DNA from: Ministeria vibrans ATCC 50519
Taxonomy: Eukaryota > Protista > Filasterea
NCBI GenBank assembly: GCA_943704425.1
Contig: CALSCP010001674.1
Coordinates: 173,357 to 237,356 of the forward strand
DNA length: 64,000 nucleotides
Reading direction: 5' to 3'
Shown: piece by piece, positions 41,837-52,938 of the stretch
How the letters are laid out: the number at the start of each line of letters is the position of its first letter
Numbering within the stretch: the stretch's first letter is position 1
Made by a program: the position numbers and the translations under genes
The notes under the pieces: generated by a model
The model's database searches: none
What the model saw: the letters and a program-made list of their open reading frames with translations, nothing else
What the model was told of the DNA's origin: nothing

Positions 41837-42493
41837 TGGTAGTGAGCTGGATTGAAAATGCCCGATTGACCAGTGATGCGCAGACCGCCGAAACGCACTG
41901 AGCCTGCATAGCCCAAATAGTAGATGTTGGGTGCAACCCAGCCGCCGTGGGGCAAGGACTGTAGATAGCCAGAGGCCTACACAGAGAGCAAATGGTGTAA
42001 TTAGGAATAAAATCAAAATTGAGTGTGTCAAGTCAAGTCAAGTCAAGAACAGACGAACCTCATGATTTCCGCCGATGAAAATGGTCAACATCGGCGCAAC
42101 TCGTTTTCCCGTGAAATACTCGTGGAAATCCTTCATCTCGCGGTACTTGGGGGGGCATGCCATCTGGTGCATGTCCGACTCGTTGCGAATCGACTCAAAA
42201 TCACCGCAGCACAGAAGCAGGTCGACTTTGAACCCTTGCGCGTCCTAACGCAAAAAAAAAGAGAGGGAAAGAAAGAAAACGAGAGAGCACAGGCGAGAGA
42301 GAGAGACGGAGAGACAAGGAGACGGTCAGGTGGCAGCGGATGCCGGTGATGCAGCGCACCTCTGCATGGGCGATTGTCTCGTAGATGCGATTGAGGTCTC
42401 CGTGACAGCATCCTTCCACAGCAATCTGCAACAATGATGGGGGGGTTACGCTCTCTCCGTGGCATCACAACTTCATACATTGATATGCTCCAT
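41837..42493 (-). CDS. DBR1: Lariat debranching enzyme, 5' exons only
   Basis: [18 protein letters not shown]; [29 protein letters not shown]; [39 protein letters not shown]. The expected downstream exons are absent beyond the (CT)n tract at 41664-41747. Confidence 0.9.
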
Positions 42494-42811
42494 CTGACTC
42501 CAACAAAGATTAAAATAGAAGTTGAGAAGGTGTAAAGAAGTGAATATTTTCAATCTTGAATTGACTAAGTTCACACCAGTTGGTTTGGACAGAAAGAGAT
42601 AGTAGCGACTCACTCAGAAGCCTCACACTCTCACTCCCTCAATCATCTCAGTAAGTCCCAGAAGTTTTTCTACTGGATCTAAAGTCTGCACTAGCCACTG
42701 AGTGTTCAGAACAGGTTATCAGTCGGTTTCATTTCTGTGTCTCTCGAGAACAATTGAAAAAAATGGCGCACTCTCTCTCTCTCTCATTCTCTCTCTCAAA
42801 AATCATACGCA

Positions 42812-45184
42812 TCACAGCTTCTTTTTATCCCTTGCAATTGCATGATCCTTCTCACAAATGTCCTCGATGCTCATCTTCAGCTTGGTGTGCATCGCGTCGA
42901 CTTGGACAGACAGTTCGCGGAGTGCGGCCAATTTGGCGCTATTCGCCTCAGCCTCTTCCTCGAGCTTCTCGAGGGCGATTGCCTCTTCAAGCAACGACGT
43001 CACTTCAATTTCAAGATGCTGACGAATGGAATCCTTGCCGCGCATCATCTCATTGCGATACTCATCGACAATGCTCTTCAAGTTGTAGTCGAGCGCACTC
43101 GCATAGCGATCCTTGACACGCTGGCGAATCCAACTTGGAACGACATCGGCACTGGTTACCATTGCCACCAGGCTATCAAACAGCACATCAACGGGACCCG
43201 TGAGGCATGCCATGAGGCTCATGCGCGTGGGAAGCCAGCTTGAGCGGTTGAGCGCCTCAGTGACGTCATGGAGAAACTCGGCCGACGACGAGGGCTCCTC
43301 GGGACAGCCTGTATGCGCCAGATTGTCGCTCTTGGCGCGACTCCCGAATGCAATCTGCTGTGTGGCATCGAGACGCGTCCACATGCGATGCATACACTCC
43401 CCAATCGTTTCAGTGCTGCCCTCGGCCTTGGGGGAGAGCTTGCCGTCCAGGAGATCTGACCAAAACTTGAACACAGTCTCCTTAGCCATGTTGGTCCACG
43501 TCTGCTGAGACGCAATCTCTACAGCCGCCTGTTTCGCATGGTTGAAGCAGTTGGTCATAAACTTCCGACGGTTCTTTATCGTGTTGCCCATGTATTGGGT
43601 AATGGCACAGGGAACCAAATCGATGCGCCTGTTCACCTCATGCGTCAGCTGTGGCACCAAATCGTCAAACTCGCTGACAACCATTTCGATCGCGGCGTCC
43701 ACCTCCGTATTGAACGACTCGTGAAGCATAAGCTGCACCGCTCTCGCACCTGCGCGGATCATCCGCGCACGATCAGGGTCAGGCTTGATCTGGCGCACGT
43801 GAGACTGCACCAGACGCTGTGTCACGGAAAGGTGATCATGGATTCGGGCTTTGAGCTGCTCGCCACGCCATCGGGCCACCTCTCGCGCCTCCCCAGCAAT
43901 GTCTTGACGCAACATTACCATGGCGTCGTTGTCGACGTTCTCGGGCAACGGCTTATACTTGTACTTCAACCTACGTCGCGCTGATAGAATCGAGCGCAGA
44001 GCAGGGTCGGCGTCCACTCGCTTGAGACCGCACCCGTCCGTGCCAAAGCGCGCAAGGAAACGACGGCGGCTCGATTCGTTGCCACAGTATAAATCTAGCT
44101 CAAGCAGTCGTGTGCCAATCTGCTTCATAATGCCCTCGCGGTAACGCTCGTTTCGCCAGCGCTCAAGCAGTGCGTCCTGCTTGTCAAAGTCGAGGTTGTC
44201 AAAATGCTTAAACTCCGCGTCACGCTCTGGCAGCGTGCTTGGCTCTGCCGACCTGAGACGCTCTGCCATCTCGTGAATGTTGCGAACAAGCTCGCTTTCT
44301 TCTTCGTCCGCCGGCATCATAATTGTGTTGAGACGATTCACCACGATGAAGAGTCGCTCCGGCTCAATGTGCTCGGTCAGGGCGCGCAAATAAATCATGT
44401 CCTCCTGAGTGACCTGTGCACTGGCATTCAGCACGTACACGAGCATGTGAGCATTCTCAAGGCTATCCTTGCGCAAGGTGTCGCTGCTGATGCATTGATT
44501 GAGTCCCGGTAAATCGATCAAGCTCAAAGTTGCGCCCAAAAAGGGATGCGAGGGAACTTGGACAACAACCTTTTGAAACGTCTGATCGTCCTCATGGTCG
44601 ACGTCGTTGGCAACGCCGGCGCTGCTAGCATGGTCGTCGCTGTCGTTGGTGTCGTCATTTTTCGTGGAGTTGGCATCGTCGGTGGTGCACGTCGTAGCAC
44701 TATGGTCTGAGTCCTCGGAAGGCGGGACATTGCGGTCGAATCCGACGTGCTTTTCCAGCTCTCGTGCCAGAGTCGTGTTGTGTCCACCTTCGCGGCTGCT
44801 GTGGATATGTTGAAGGCTCTCCGTGTCCAACGGAACGGAAACGCCTCGCGTGGATCCACGAGTGAAGCCGGTCACGTTGAATTGGTGATAATCGCGATCA
44901 GGGTCGACAACACCCGCAAATTCCGTCATAACCGCCGTCGTGGGTTGCGATCCCGACGGCGCAAACACGCCCCACAATAAGACGTTGTTCAAGGTACTTT
45001 TGCCGCTGTTACCCTCGCCCGCAAGAAGAATGCGGACGTGTGGGTCGCGAAAAGACTTGATTTCGTCCAAAAGTATCTGCCGAGTTTGCTCTATTTGAAG
45101 ACGCTCATTTGCGGTCTGTATCGCGCGATCTGATACATCACACAGCAGTGCGTATATTTTATCGATGATTGCACGATCGGACAT
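42812..45184 (-). CDS. Intronless dynamin-like/mitofusin-family large GTPase (about 790 aa)
   Basis: G1 GEGNSGKS, G2 PTT, G3 DLPG, LVYVLNA, degenerate G4 NRLN, followed by long helical/coiled-coil regions. Confidence 0.75.
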   Translation of the reverse strand: MSDRAIIDKIYALLCDVSDRAIQTANERLQIEQTRQILLDEIKSFRDPHVRILLAGEGNSGKSTLNNVLLWGVFAPSGSQPTTAVMTEFAGVVDPDRDYHQFNVTGFTRGSTRGVSVPLDTESLQHIHSSREGGHNTTLARELEKHVGFDRNVPPSEDSDHSATTCTTDDANSTKNDDTNDSDDHASSAGVANDVDHEDDQTFQKVVVQVPSHPFLGATLSLIDLPGLNQCISSDTLRKDSLENAHMLVYVLNASAQVTQEDMIYLRALTEHIEPERLFIVVNRLNTIMMPADEEESELVRNIHEMAERLRSAEPSTLPERDAEFKHFDNLDFDKQDALLERWRNERYREGIMKQIGTRLLELDLYCGNESSRRRFLARFGTDGCGLKRVDADPALRSILSARRRLKYKYKPLPENVDNDAMVMLRQDIAGEAREVARWRGEQLKARIHDHLSVTQRLVQSHVRQIKPDPDRARMIRAGARAVQLMLHESFNTEVDAAIEMVVSEFDDLVPQLTHEVNRRIDLVPCAITQYMGNTIKNRRKFMTNCFNHAKQAAVEIASQQTWTNMAKETVFKFWSDLLDGKLSPKAEGSTETIGECMHRMWTRLDATQQIAFGSRAKSDNLAHTGCPEEPSSSAEFLHDVTEALNRSSWLPTRMSLMACLTGPVDVLFDSLVAMVTSADVVPSWIRQRVKDRYASALDYNLKSIVDEYRNEMMRGKDSIRQHLEIEVTSLLEEAIALEKLEEEAEANSAKLAALRELSVQVDAMHTKLKMSIEDICEKDHAIARDKKKL

Positions 45185-45322
45185 GAAAAAAAAAAAACTG
45201 TCTCGACCAGTCGGACAACAATCGACCCTCAAATAAAGTCGAGGGACGAATTTTGGACGAATAATTAATAATAATAATTACAAATGAATATTATAATCAT
45301 GGCGGTCTGGTTGTGTCTTCGC

Positions 45323-45650
45323 GTGGTGACTGTATCATTAATAAATGGGTTGTATTCCTCTTCTTCAATTTATAATTAATAAATTTATTATGTTTTTTAT
45401 CCTTCCTTGACTTTTCTAAACTTTTCGATTTATTTTTATACGTCTCAGGCGACAGACGGAGACAGACTCCAGGGTTGCGCATTTACAAGTGGTAACAAGC
45501 GAGTTCGGGTGGCAAGTAGTAAGTCTTACAAGTAGTAAATCTTGTCTGGGAGGGGTAAGTACGCTTACTTCCGTTAAGACTCACTTACTACTGGTAAGTT
45601 GTAGAAGAAGAATACAACTCATTTTACATTTATTCATTTTACAGTCACCA
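45323..45650. repeat. Inverted pair of a ~42-bp dispersed repeat (MITE-like or shared promoter element)
   Basis: GTGGTGACTGTATCATTAATAAATGGGTTGTATTCCTCTTCT at 45323-45364; diverged inverted copy at 45603-45650; near-identical direct copy at 63041-63082. Confidence 0.7.
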
Positions 45651-45984
45651 GATCTACACAAAAGCACAAGAAAAGAAAAACGATGCTCCTTAAAACTAAA
45701 ACTCCCATACTTTTGGTTCACTTTTGGCTACGTTCCGCGTTTGTGCTTGTTCACGACGCAGCCAAGTCATCTTGAGCCCTGGAGAGTACCGTCCATTTTA
45801 CTTGAGCATGGTGTTGCGATAGACAGTCCTTGGTTTGCGAGCCATGCAATCATATGGCGCCGGCGCGTTGTTCACACTGATCTTCAATCTTGATTGACTA
45901 TTGTTTAATAATTTTTTTGTCAACGACACGAAACTCGCGCTCGACGCCCCCCCTCTCTCTCCAATACCACCAATCCAATCCACC

Positions 45985-47100
45985 ATGTCTCTTTCCCAAC
46001 ATAACCACGGCAAGACTCAAGTGCGCGTCTGCAAGGTACGCTCAACTTCATCTCCTCTCCCTCTGTCTCCCTCGCCCCCTCCCACTGCGCACTCCCCGCC
46101 CACCCGACCGCACTGCTCTCCACTACCATGTGTCACGCTGACCAACGCGTGATTTGCCCCAGGTGCGCCGTACCAACGGTCTCGTCCACGAAATCGCCGA
46201 ATTCACTGTCCTCGTCACCATCTACAACCCAGGCTACGACGTCGTCTTCACCAAGGGCGACAACACCAACCTCGTTGCCACTGACACCATGAGAAACACC
46301 GTAAGTATCTCCAGCAAAGCAGTGGAACCACAAAGTGCGAACTTTTTTTTATATATTACTATAATAATATGATTTTGGGTCACACACAGGTTTATGTGAT
46401 TGCCAAATCTTGTCCGTGCGAGTCCCCCGAGCAATTTGCGCTTGCCTATGCCGCGCACATGTTGAAGAAGTACCACTTCCTTGTGCGGTGCGACGTGAGC
46501 GTCGTCGAGCACGTCTGGGATCGTGCTGAAGTCGGCGGCAAGCCACACAACCACTCGTTTGTGCGTCGTGAGCCGGAGCGCAACTTTGCCGATGTGGAGC
46601 ACGTGCGCGATGCAGTGCCGCGTGTGACCAGTGGTATCAAGGGCTTGGTGGTGCTGAAGACGACCCAGTCAGGCTTTGAGGGATTCCTGCGCAACGAACA
46701 CACGTCGTTGCCCGAGGTGCGCGAGCGCATCATGTCCACCTCCATGACGGCTGTGTGGCGCGCTACATCGCAGTCCAACTATGTTGCGACACGCTCTCAA
46801 GTCCGTCAGTTGCTGCTGGAGGGCTTCTTTGGCGAGGCGGAGCGAGGTGTCTACTCGCCCTCGGTGCAGGCGACCGTCTACGAAACAGGCCAGCTCGTCC
46901 TCAAGCGTCTGCCACATGTCCACTCCATCTTCATCGACACCCCCAACGTCCACTACCTTCCGGCACCCCTCGACAAGATCGGTCTTTCCTTTGACGACGA
47001 GGTCTTCCAGCCCACCAGCGAGCCCTCAGGCACCATCTGCATGACCGTTTCGCGCTCCGGCAACGACCACTACGAGGACTCATACAAAAGTCGGCTGTAA
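45985..47100 (+). CDS. UOX: Urate oxidase (uricase) with peroxisomal PTS1; 3 exons
   Basis: HGKTQVRVCK; GDNTNLVATDTMRNTVY; LVVLKTTQSGFEG; YSPSVQAT; PNVHY; PSGTI; C-terminal SRL. Confidence 0.93.
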
Positions 47101-47931
47101 TCTTATAAAATACGACCCCGCTCTATCTAGCTCAACAAAGAGACAGAGACAGAGAGAGACATAGAGAGAGAGGGTAGAGAGAATATTTGATAGTAGAGTT
47201 TGAGTGAGTCTCAAAACTGTCTTTTCACTTCAATTGATTTGACTTCTCACTTCAACAGTTCAACTTATATTTTATAATTTTTAATATAACTTTGTCAAGC
47301 GACACCTGAACCTCTTCCTTGTCTCGCAGGTAACAAGTCTTGGTTCTGTGCGTGTCGTCGCTCATCCGCCATTCCGTTCAAACAATCATATGATTGAAAA
47401 AATATGATGAAAAAAAAACGACTTGCTCTGTGTGTTTCTCTATCGCGGCCCCTCCCCATGGGGTCGAGCACTCAACCCCCCGCCTTGCGCGTGTGACTCG
47501 ATGCGACGCATAGCGTTTTCACAAGCAGAATAAAATGTCGTTTCAAACTTTGGTGTGTCTCCGCCTCCTCGCGCTCTCCTGCTGCCTCCTGCCCTCCCCG
47601 ACCCCCCCGCTTGCTCGCACCCCTCCTCCGCCGCCCCCGCCTCCTTCGATTCGCTCTGGATAATCTGCTAACACGAAGGAAACGCAAAAAAGGGTTTTTT
47701 TTTTCTCGCTCCCGACTTCCCACGTTTAATAAGCGCATCGTGCCGGTCGACAGGGGGGGGCTCGAAGTTCTTTCCCACCCTTGGTGTCTTCAAAGGTGCC
47801 CTTTGTCGCCCATTATTATCCGATGATGGACAATCCACTTTTTTTTCCAAAAAAATTTCTCTCTCTCTCTTTCACTCTTAATTATGTGTCTTTATATTCG
47901 TTTTTATTGTTTTGTTTTTTTTTTGCTTAGA

Positions 47932-48126
47932 GATGGACAAGAAGATTGAAGCGAAACTTCGCGAGCTGCGTATGCTTCCTGGCAACAAGCGATGTTTTGT
48001 GAGCAACGCAAGAAACACAACTTACGTCGACACCACCACAAACACGTAATATTTATTCACGAGGGGTCCATCATCATAATAATTATTAATAATTAATTAT
48101 TATTGTTGTTTTAATTATAATAATTG

Positions 48127-48161
<35 letters not shown>

Positions 48162-48173
48162 CTTTTGTTTCTT

Positions 48174-48238
<65 letters not shown>

Positions 48239-48245
48239 GTTTCTT

Positions 48246-48283
<38 letters not shown>

Positions 48284-50161
48284 CTTTGTTTCTCTCTCTC
48301 TCTCTTTTGATCTCCCGCTGCAGTTTTGTGTGTCAAAAGGTGGCCGGTTTGTTGCGCGACAATCAACCGCCGCACCGCGTCAAGTCTATTACGGCTGCAA
48401 AGTTTTCAAAGGACGAGGTAAAGAAAAAATAAGGGAGGAGAAACAAACCCGTCTCAATTTTCTCAATTTTCTTTCAGGTGGAAGCCCTCGAACGGTATGG
48501 CAACGACCAGATGGCGCTTGTGTGGTTCGGGCGCTGGAAGGAGAGTGATTTCCCGCGTCCGCCCGACACAGACGACGTTGGTCTCAAACAGTTCATTCGC
48601 GCTCTGTACGAGCGCAAGGTCTGGTATGTTCCAGAGTCCATTGCCTTTGAAGCTGTCGAGGTATGAATGTTGTGATTGTTGTGTTAGTTCGTTCTCGCAC
48701 CTGATGCATTTTGGGTTGTCGATGGTAGAAGAAACCCCTTGAGCGTTTGGTTGGCAAAGACATTCCCAAGCTCGTGGTGGGTAGCATTCCAGCCCCCACT
48801 GGCGATGTGCGTCGTGAACGACCCCATTCCGTTTCGCAACATGACATCTCACCGGCCGTCGCGCGTCGTCAAGAGACGCCTCCTCCGTCACAGAAGCACG
48901 TCCCCGCTGGCGCTGTGCGTGTCATGGCAACTGCGACCCCTCCTGCCGCTGCGGCCGCTCCCGTTGTCAAGGCATCGCCTGCAGCCAACTTGCTTGACGA
49001 CGATATCTTTGGCGGTCCTGCCCAGCCGGCCGCTGCCCCTGCTGCTGATGTTGATGACGGTGACTGGGGTGCCTTTAGCAGCACTGTGTCCAATCCCGCT
49101 CCGGCAGCTGCTCCCGCTCCCGCTGCACCTTCTGCAAACGACTTCTCTCTGGATGGTCTCTCGTTCGACTCAACACCTGCCCCCGCCAGTGGCTCTGGTG
49201 CCGCAACAACCGCTGCAGCTAGCACAGAGGACAAGTACGCCGCCCTGATGGGTCTCGTGTCGTCTGCAAACTACTCGAGTCCTCAACAGCAGCAACAGCA
49301 GCAGCAACAGCAGCAGTTTGGCGGCGGTGCTCCTCCGCCCGCTTACGATCAAGCTGCGTTTGGTGGCGGTGCTTCGCAGCCTCAACAACAGTTTGGCAGT
49401 GGTGCCTTCGGGCAGCCCCAACAGCAGCAGCAACAATCACAGTCTCAGTTTGGTGCCTTTGGTCAGCCACAGCAACAACAACAGCAACCGCAGTTTGGTG
49501 GGGGAGGTGCATTTGGTGGCTCCCCTCAGCAGCAGCAGCAGCCGTTTGGCGGTGGTTTTGGTCAGCCTCAGCAGCAGCAGCAGCAGCAGCACCAACAACA
49601 ACAGCCCATGTTTGGTTTTGGTGCCACTTCCCCTCAGCAGCCCGCCAATGCTTTTGCACAAGTCTCCCCTCAGCAGCAACAGCACTTTGGGTCTTTCAGC
49701 GGCCCGCCTTCTCAACAACAGCAGCCGCAGCAGCAAACACAATTCTCAAACCCATTTGGTGGTGCCTTTGGTGCTCCCCAACAGCAGCAGCAGCAGCAGC
49801 AGCAGCCCAACCCCTTTGGGGGCGCAGGTTTCGGCACTTCGCCACAGCAGCAACCGCATGCTGCCAACCCCTTTGGCGCTGCTCCAGCACAACCAGCTGC
49901 CTCAAACGGTATACTCGTTGGAAAATATAAAAAAAATCTCGCTCATCACATCGCATCGCACTCACTATACTTATAGCCTTTGGTGATCTGGGTGTTCTCG
50001 GTGGCAGCAGCGGCAGCTCTTTCCGTCCCTCTGCTGCTCCTGCACCCGCCGCCGCAAACCCTTTTGGCGGTGCTCCCACTGGCGCTGTTGCTAATCCTTT
50101 CGGCCACCAACAGCAACAGCAGCAGATGCCTCCTCAGCAGAAATCCAACCCCTTTTTCTGA
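47932..50161 (+). CDS. AGFG1: AGFG1/Hrb-like ArfGAP-domain protein with FG and NPF repeats
   Basis: LPGNKRCF..TYV..T/FVCQKVAGLLR..PPHRVKSI..AKFS..EVE.L..GN..W..FI...YERKVWY; Q/FG-rich tail; several NPF motifs, ending SNPFF*. Confidence 0.8.
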
Positions 50162-50226
50162 ACAGCATTGAAATTGTCTCTTTTCTCAAATTGGATCTTA
50201 CATATACAGAGTTTGTTCGTTTTTAT

Positions 50227-50739
50227 TTACACAATTTTATCCACTGCACTTCCGTCGGGGTATCTTTCCTGCTCAATTGCGCCCACTCCAAACTTCCACT
50301 CGAGAAACGCTCTGGGATCATTCGGCACTGAGACACTGTCACGACCCGCAAAGGGCAGTGACGACAGTGGCTCAACCCATTTGGAAGGGAATGGTTTGTC
50401 TTGCGGGTGTTCCTTGATAGTCGATGAGCGTTGCATTATGTCCCCTCTAAAGAAAATAATACGAGTTGTGTGTCTGTTATCTTCTCAACTCTTTATATCT
50501 CACTGTTCCTCTCACTTCCTTCCTCTCTCTCTATCATTCTATCACTTTGTAACTCTATTTGTTTCTTCTCTCTCTCTATCACTTGTTTCTCTATCACTTT
50601 GTTTCCCTCTCTCTCTCACTTTGTATCTTTCTCCTCTCTCTCTATCACTTTCTCTCTCTCTCAATTTGTATCTTTCTCCTCTCTCTCTATCACTTTCTCT
50701 CTCTCACTCACTTTGTATCTTTCTCCTCTCTCTCTATCA

Positions 50740-50824
<85 letters not shown>

Positions 50825-52147
50825 CACGCACACATGAACGAAACTCTCCTTTCTCTTTCTCTCTGGTTTGCGTTACACTTTGTCAAAGAACCAAATATCG
50901 ACGTGCAAACGATTGGTTTTGCTGAATTGTACGCGCACAAAGTCCCCATTGCTTTCGTCAACGGGCGCTCGTTCCCACACAAAATGGTCCTGTTTGCTGC
51001 TACTGCTGCTGCTGGCAGACGGACGGTAGTGATCGCCGGGAGACGCACTGGGGCTCATGAGCTGAGCGAGCTCGGGCACACGAGATATGTCTTCACGGAA
51101 CATGCCAATGTCAATGTCATAGTCCCACGGAATGATGTCGGCGGAACGCACTGCGCCCAAGAGAGAACCGCCTTCAAGCCAGTAGCGCACACTAGCCTGC
51201 TCCAAACGATCAAAGAGATAGGCAGCAGTGCGACGGAGCGCGCGCAGACAGCAAGGGGGTGTCCAGCGAGGCGGGGAGTGGCGTGAGAGGTACTCGGGTG
51301 TGTCACGCACAACCGTACCAAAACAGCGACGACTGGTGGACGAGCAGGCACTGTGCCAGGTGGATGTGTCTCCTGCCTCATTCCCGGTCGACGTCGATGG
51401 CGACGGTCCCTTGTGAATGATACGCTTGATTCCAAATCGTTGATAGAGTGTGTTGAGCGCCGACTTGTGCTGACGCGAGTGCTTTGCGCCGTTGTGCGAG
51501 TCTGGACGCAACAAATGTGTGCCCGTGTCGGTCACATAGGTGGACATGCTCACACCAATACGCCAGTTTCGTAAGAAGTACTGAAGTGAGATAGACTCGA
51601 CACGCGGTTCGAGTCGCCAGTCAACATCGGCGAGATTCCGAGTGCGGGTGAAGAGCACCGGCTGAGTGAGAGAAGCGCCGTCGGCGGCCGCGTACGTGCA
51701 CAGGCCTGTCTCAAGCCCCACCAGTGTATTTTGCATGGCATTCGAAAGACTCAATGTCCAGCGAGGCACATCAAATGATGTGATGTTGTGGCACTGAGTC
51801 AGCACCTGGCCGTTGCCGCCGGCGCGTCGCTGGGGCACAACGACGGCGGTCCAGGCGAAACGATCAAGCTCGTAGATGAGGCGTGGCAGGTGGCTGTCGG
51901 TCGCTACGCGTGCGCCGTCGGGCACGAGAAGAACATACTCGGTGAGCGCAAGTTTCATGAGTGGCGGGAGAGGGCGGTGCACCTCGGACGGATCCCGGTC
52001 CAGCACGACCACACGTATTAACGGATCGTGTGCAAATTCGCTTAGTGCAGGATAAGGACGCCGCTGCGTGAGAATCAGGATGTGTAGACGGTTGCCATAG
52101 ACGCTTTGCAGGCTGTGGATAGTCTGTACCAGGGTGTGCTCGTACTC
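50227..52147 (-). CDS. FKRP: Fukutin-related protein (LicD-family ribitol-phosphate transferase), exons 2-3
   Basis: TEYVLLVPDGAR; C....RCFGTVVRDTPEYL..RWTPPCCLRALR; RYWLEGGSLLGAVR..DIIPWDYDIDIG; FVWERA..GDFVRVQFS..NRLHVDIWFF; HPQD..FP; FLEWKFG.GAIE. Confidence 0.92.
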
Positions 52148-52279
52148 CTACGCGACAACGAAAAAAAAAAAAAAAAAAAAAANNNNNNNNNNAAAGGGAA
52201 AAAAAAAAAAAAAAAAAAATTGAGAGTATGTGCTGGCGATTGAGTGTGGAGGATCCACGTCGCTTTCATGGCAGCATAC

Positions 52280-52552
52280 CTTGATGTCTAGGCGGAGTGG
52301 CTGTGTTTCCAGCGATAGCAAGGCACGGACGGACGGCAGCGGAGCCCGATGGGAGAGCAGAAGAGACGTTTGAGGAGAAGGCGAAAAAGAAAAAAGAACA
52401 AAGAAAAAAAATCAACAAGTGTGAAGCGAAGGACGGTGGGGCGAAGGCAACGCCTGAAATAGACTGCCACTTGAAGGGGTGCAAGGCGAGCTTGACGGAA
52501 GATCCCCAAAGGAGCATTTGCCAAAAATCGTAAAGAAAGGTTTGCGTACCAT
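52280..52552 (-). CDS. COPB2: Coatomer beta' subunit, first two micro-exons only (M / PLRLDIK)
   Basis: ATG|GTACGC at 52552-52550 and CAG|CCACTCCGCCTAGACATCAAG|GTATGC at 52300-52280 give MPLRLDIK, the conserved COPB2 N-terminus. The continuation is lost at the poly(A)/N gap. Confidence 0.7.
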
Positions 52553-52938
52553 TTCAACACGAGCGACTCAAACACCTCCTCTGCTTATCAACGACAGCTG
52601 ACTCAACAAGGAGTAAGTAAAAAAAAAAAGTGCAGACTTCAGAGTCAGTTAAGTCAGTCACCAGAGTGAGTCAACTCGATCGAGAGATCAGTCTCAAGAT
52701 GAATTGAATAATACGTTGAAATTTAAAACTCTTTGATGCGGGACACAAAACTTGTGACTCGCTGCAAGCTAGTCTACGGACTTACTGGACTGTGTTAAAT
52801 ATTAATTGTTGTGAGCTGTGCGTGAGTATTCGTACAAAGCGTGTGTGTCAGACGACGTTTGCGACGATCACCACAACACACTTGAAACAATAATCTTCAT
52901 TAATTACTCTTTTTAGTCTTCCAGTCGTTGTTTGCACC

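Noticed and set aside
38745-42493. Novel DBR1-C2CD5 fusion gene
   Set aside because: Both parts are truncated at a microsatellite; an assembly mis-join is more parsimonious.
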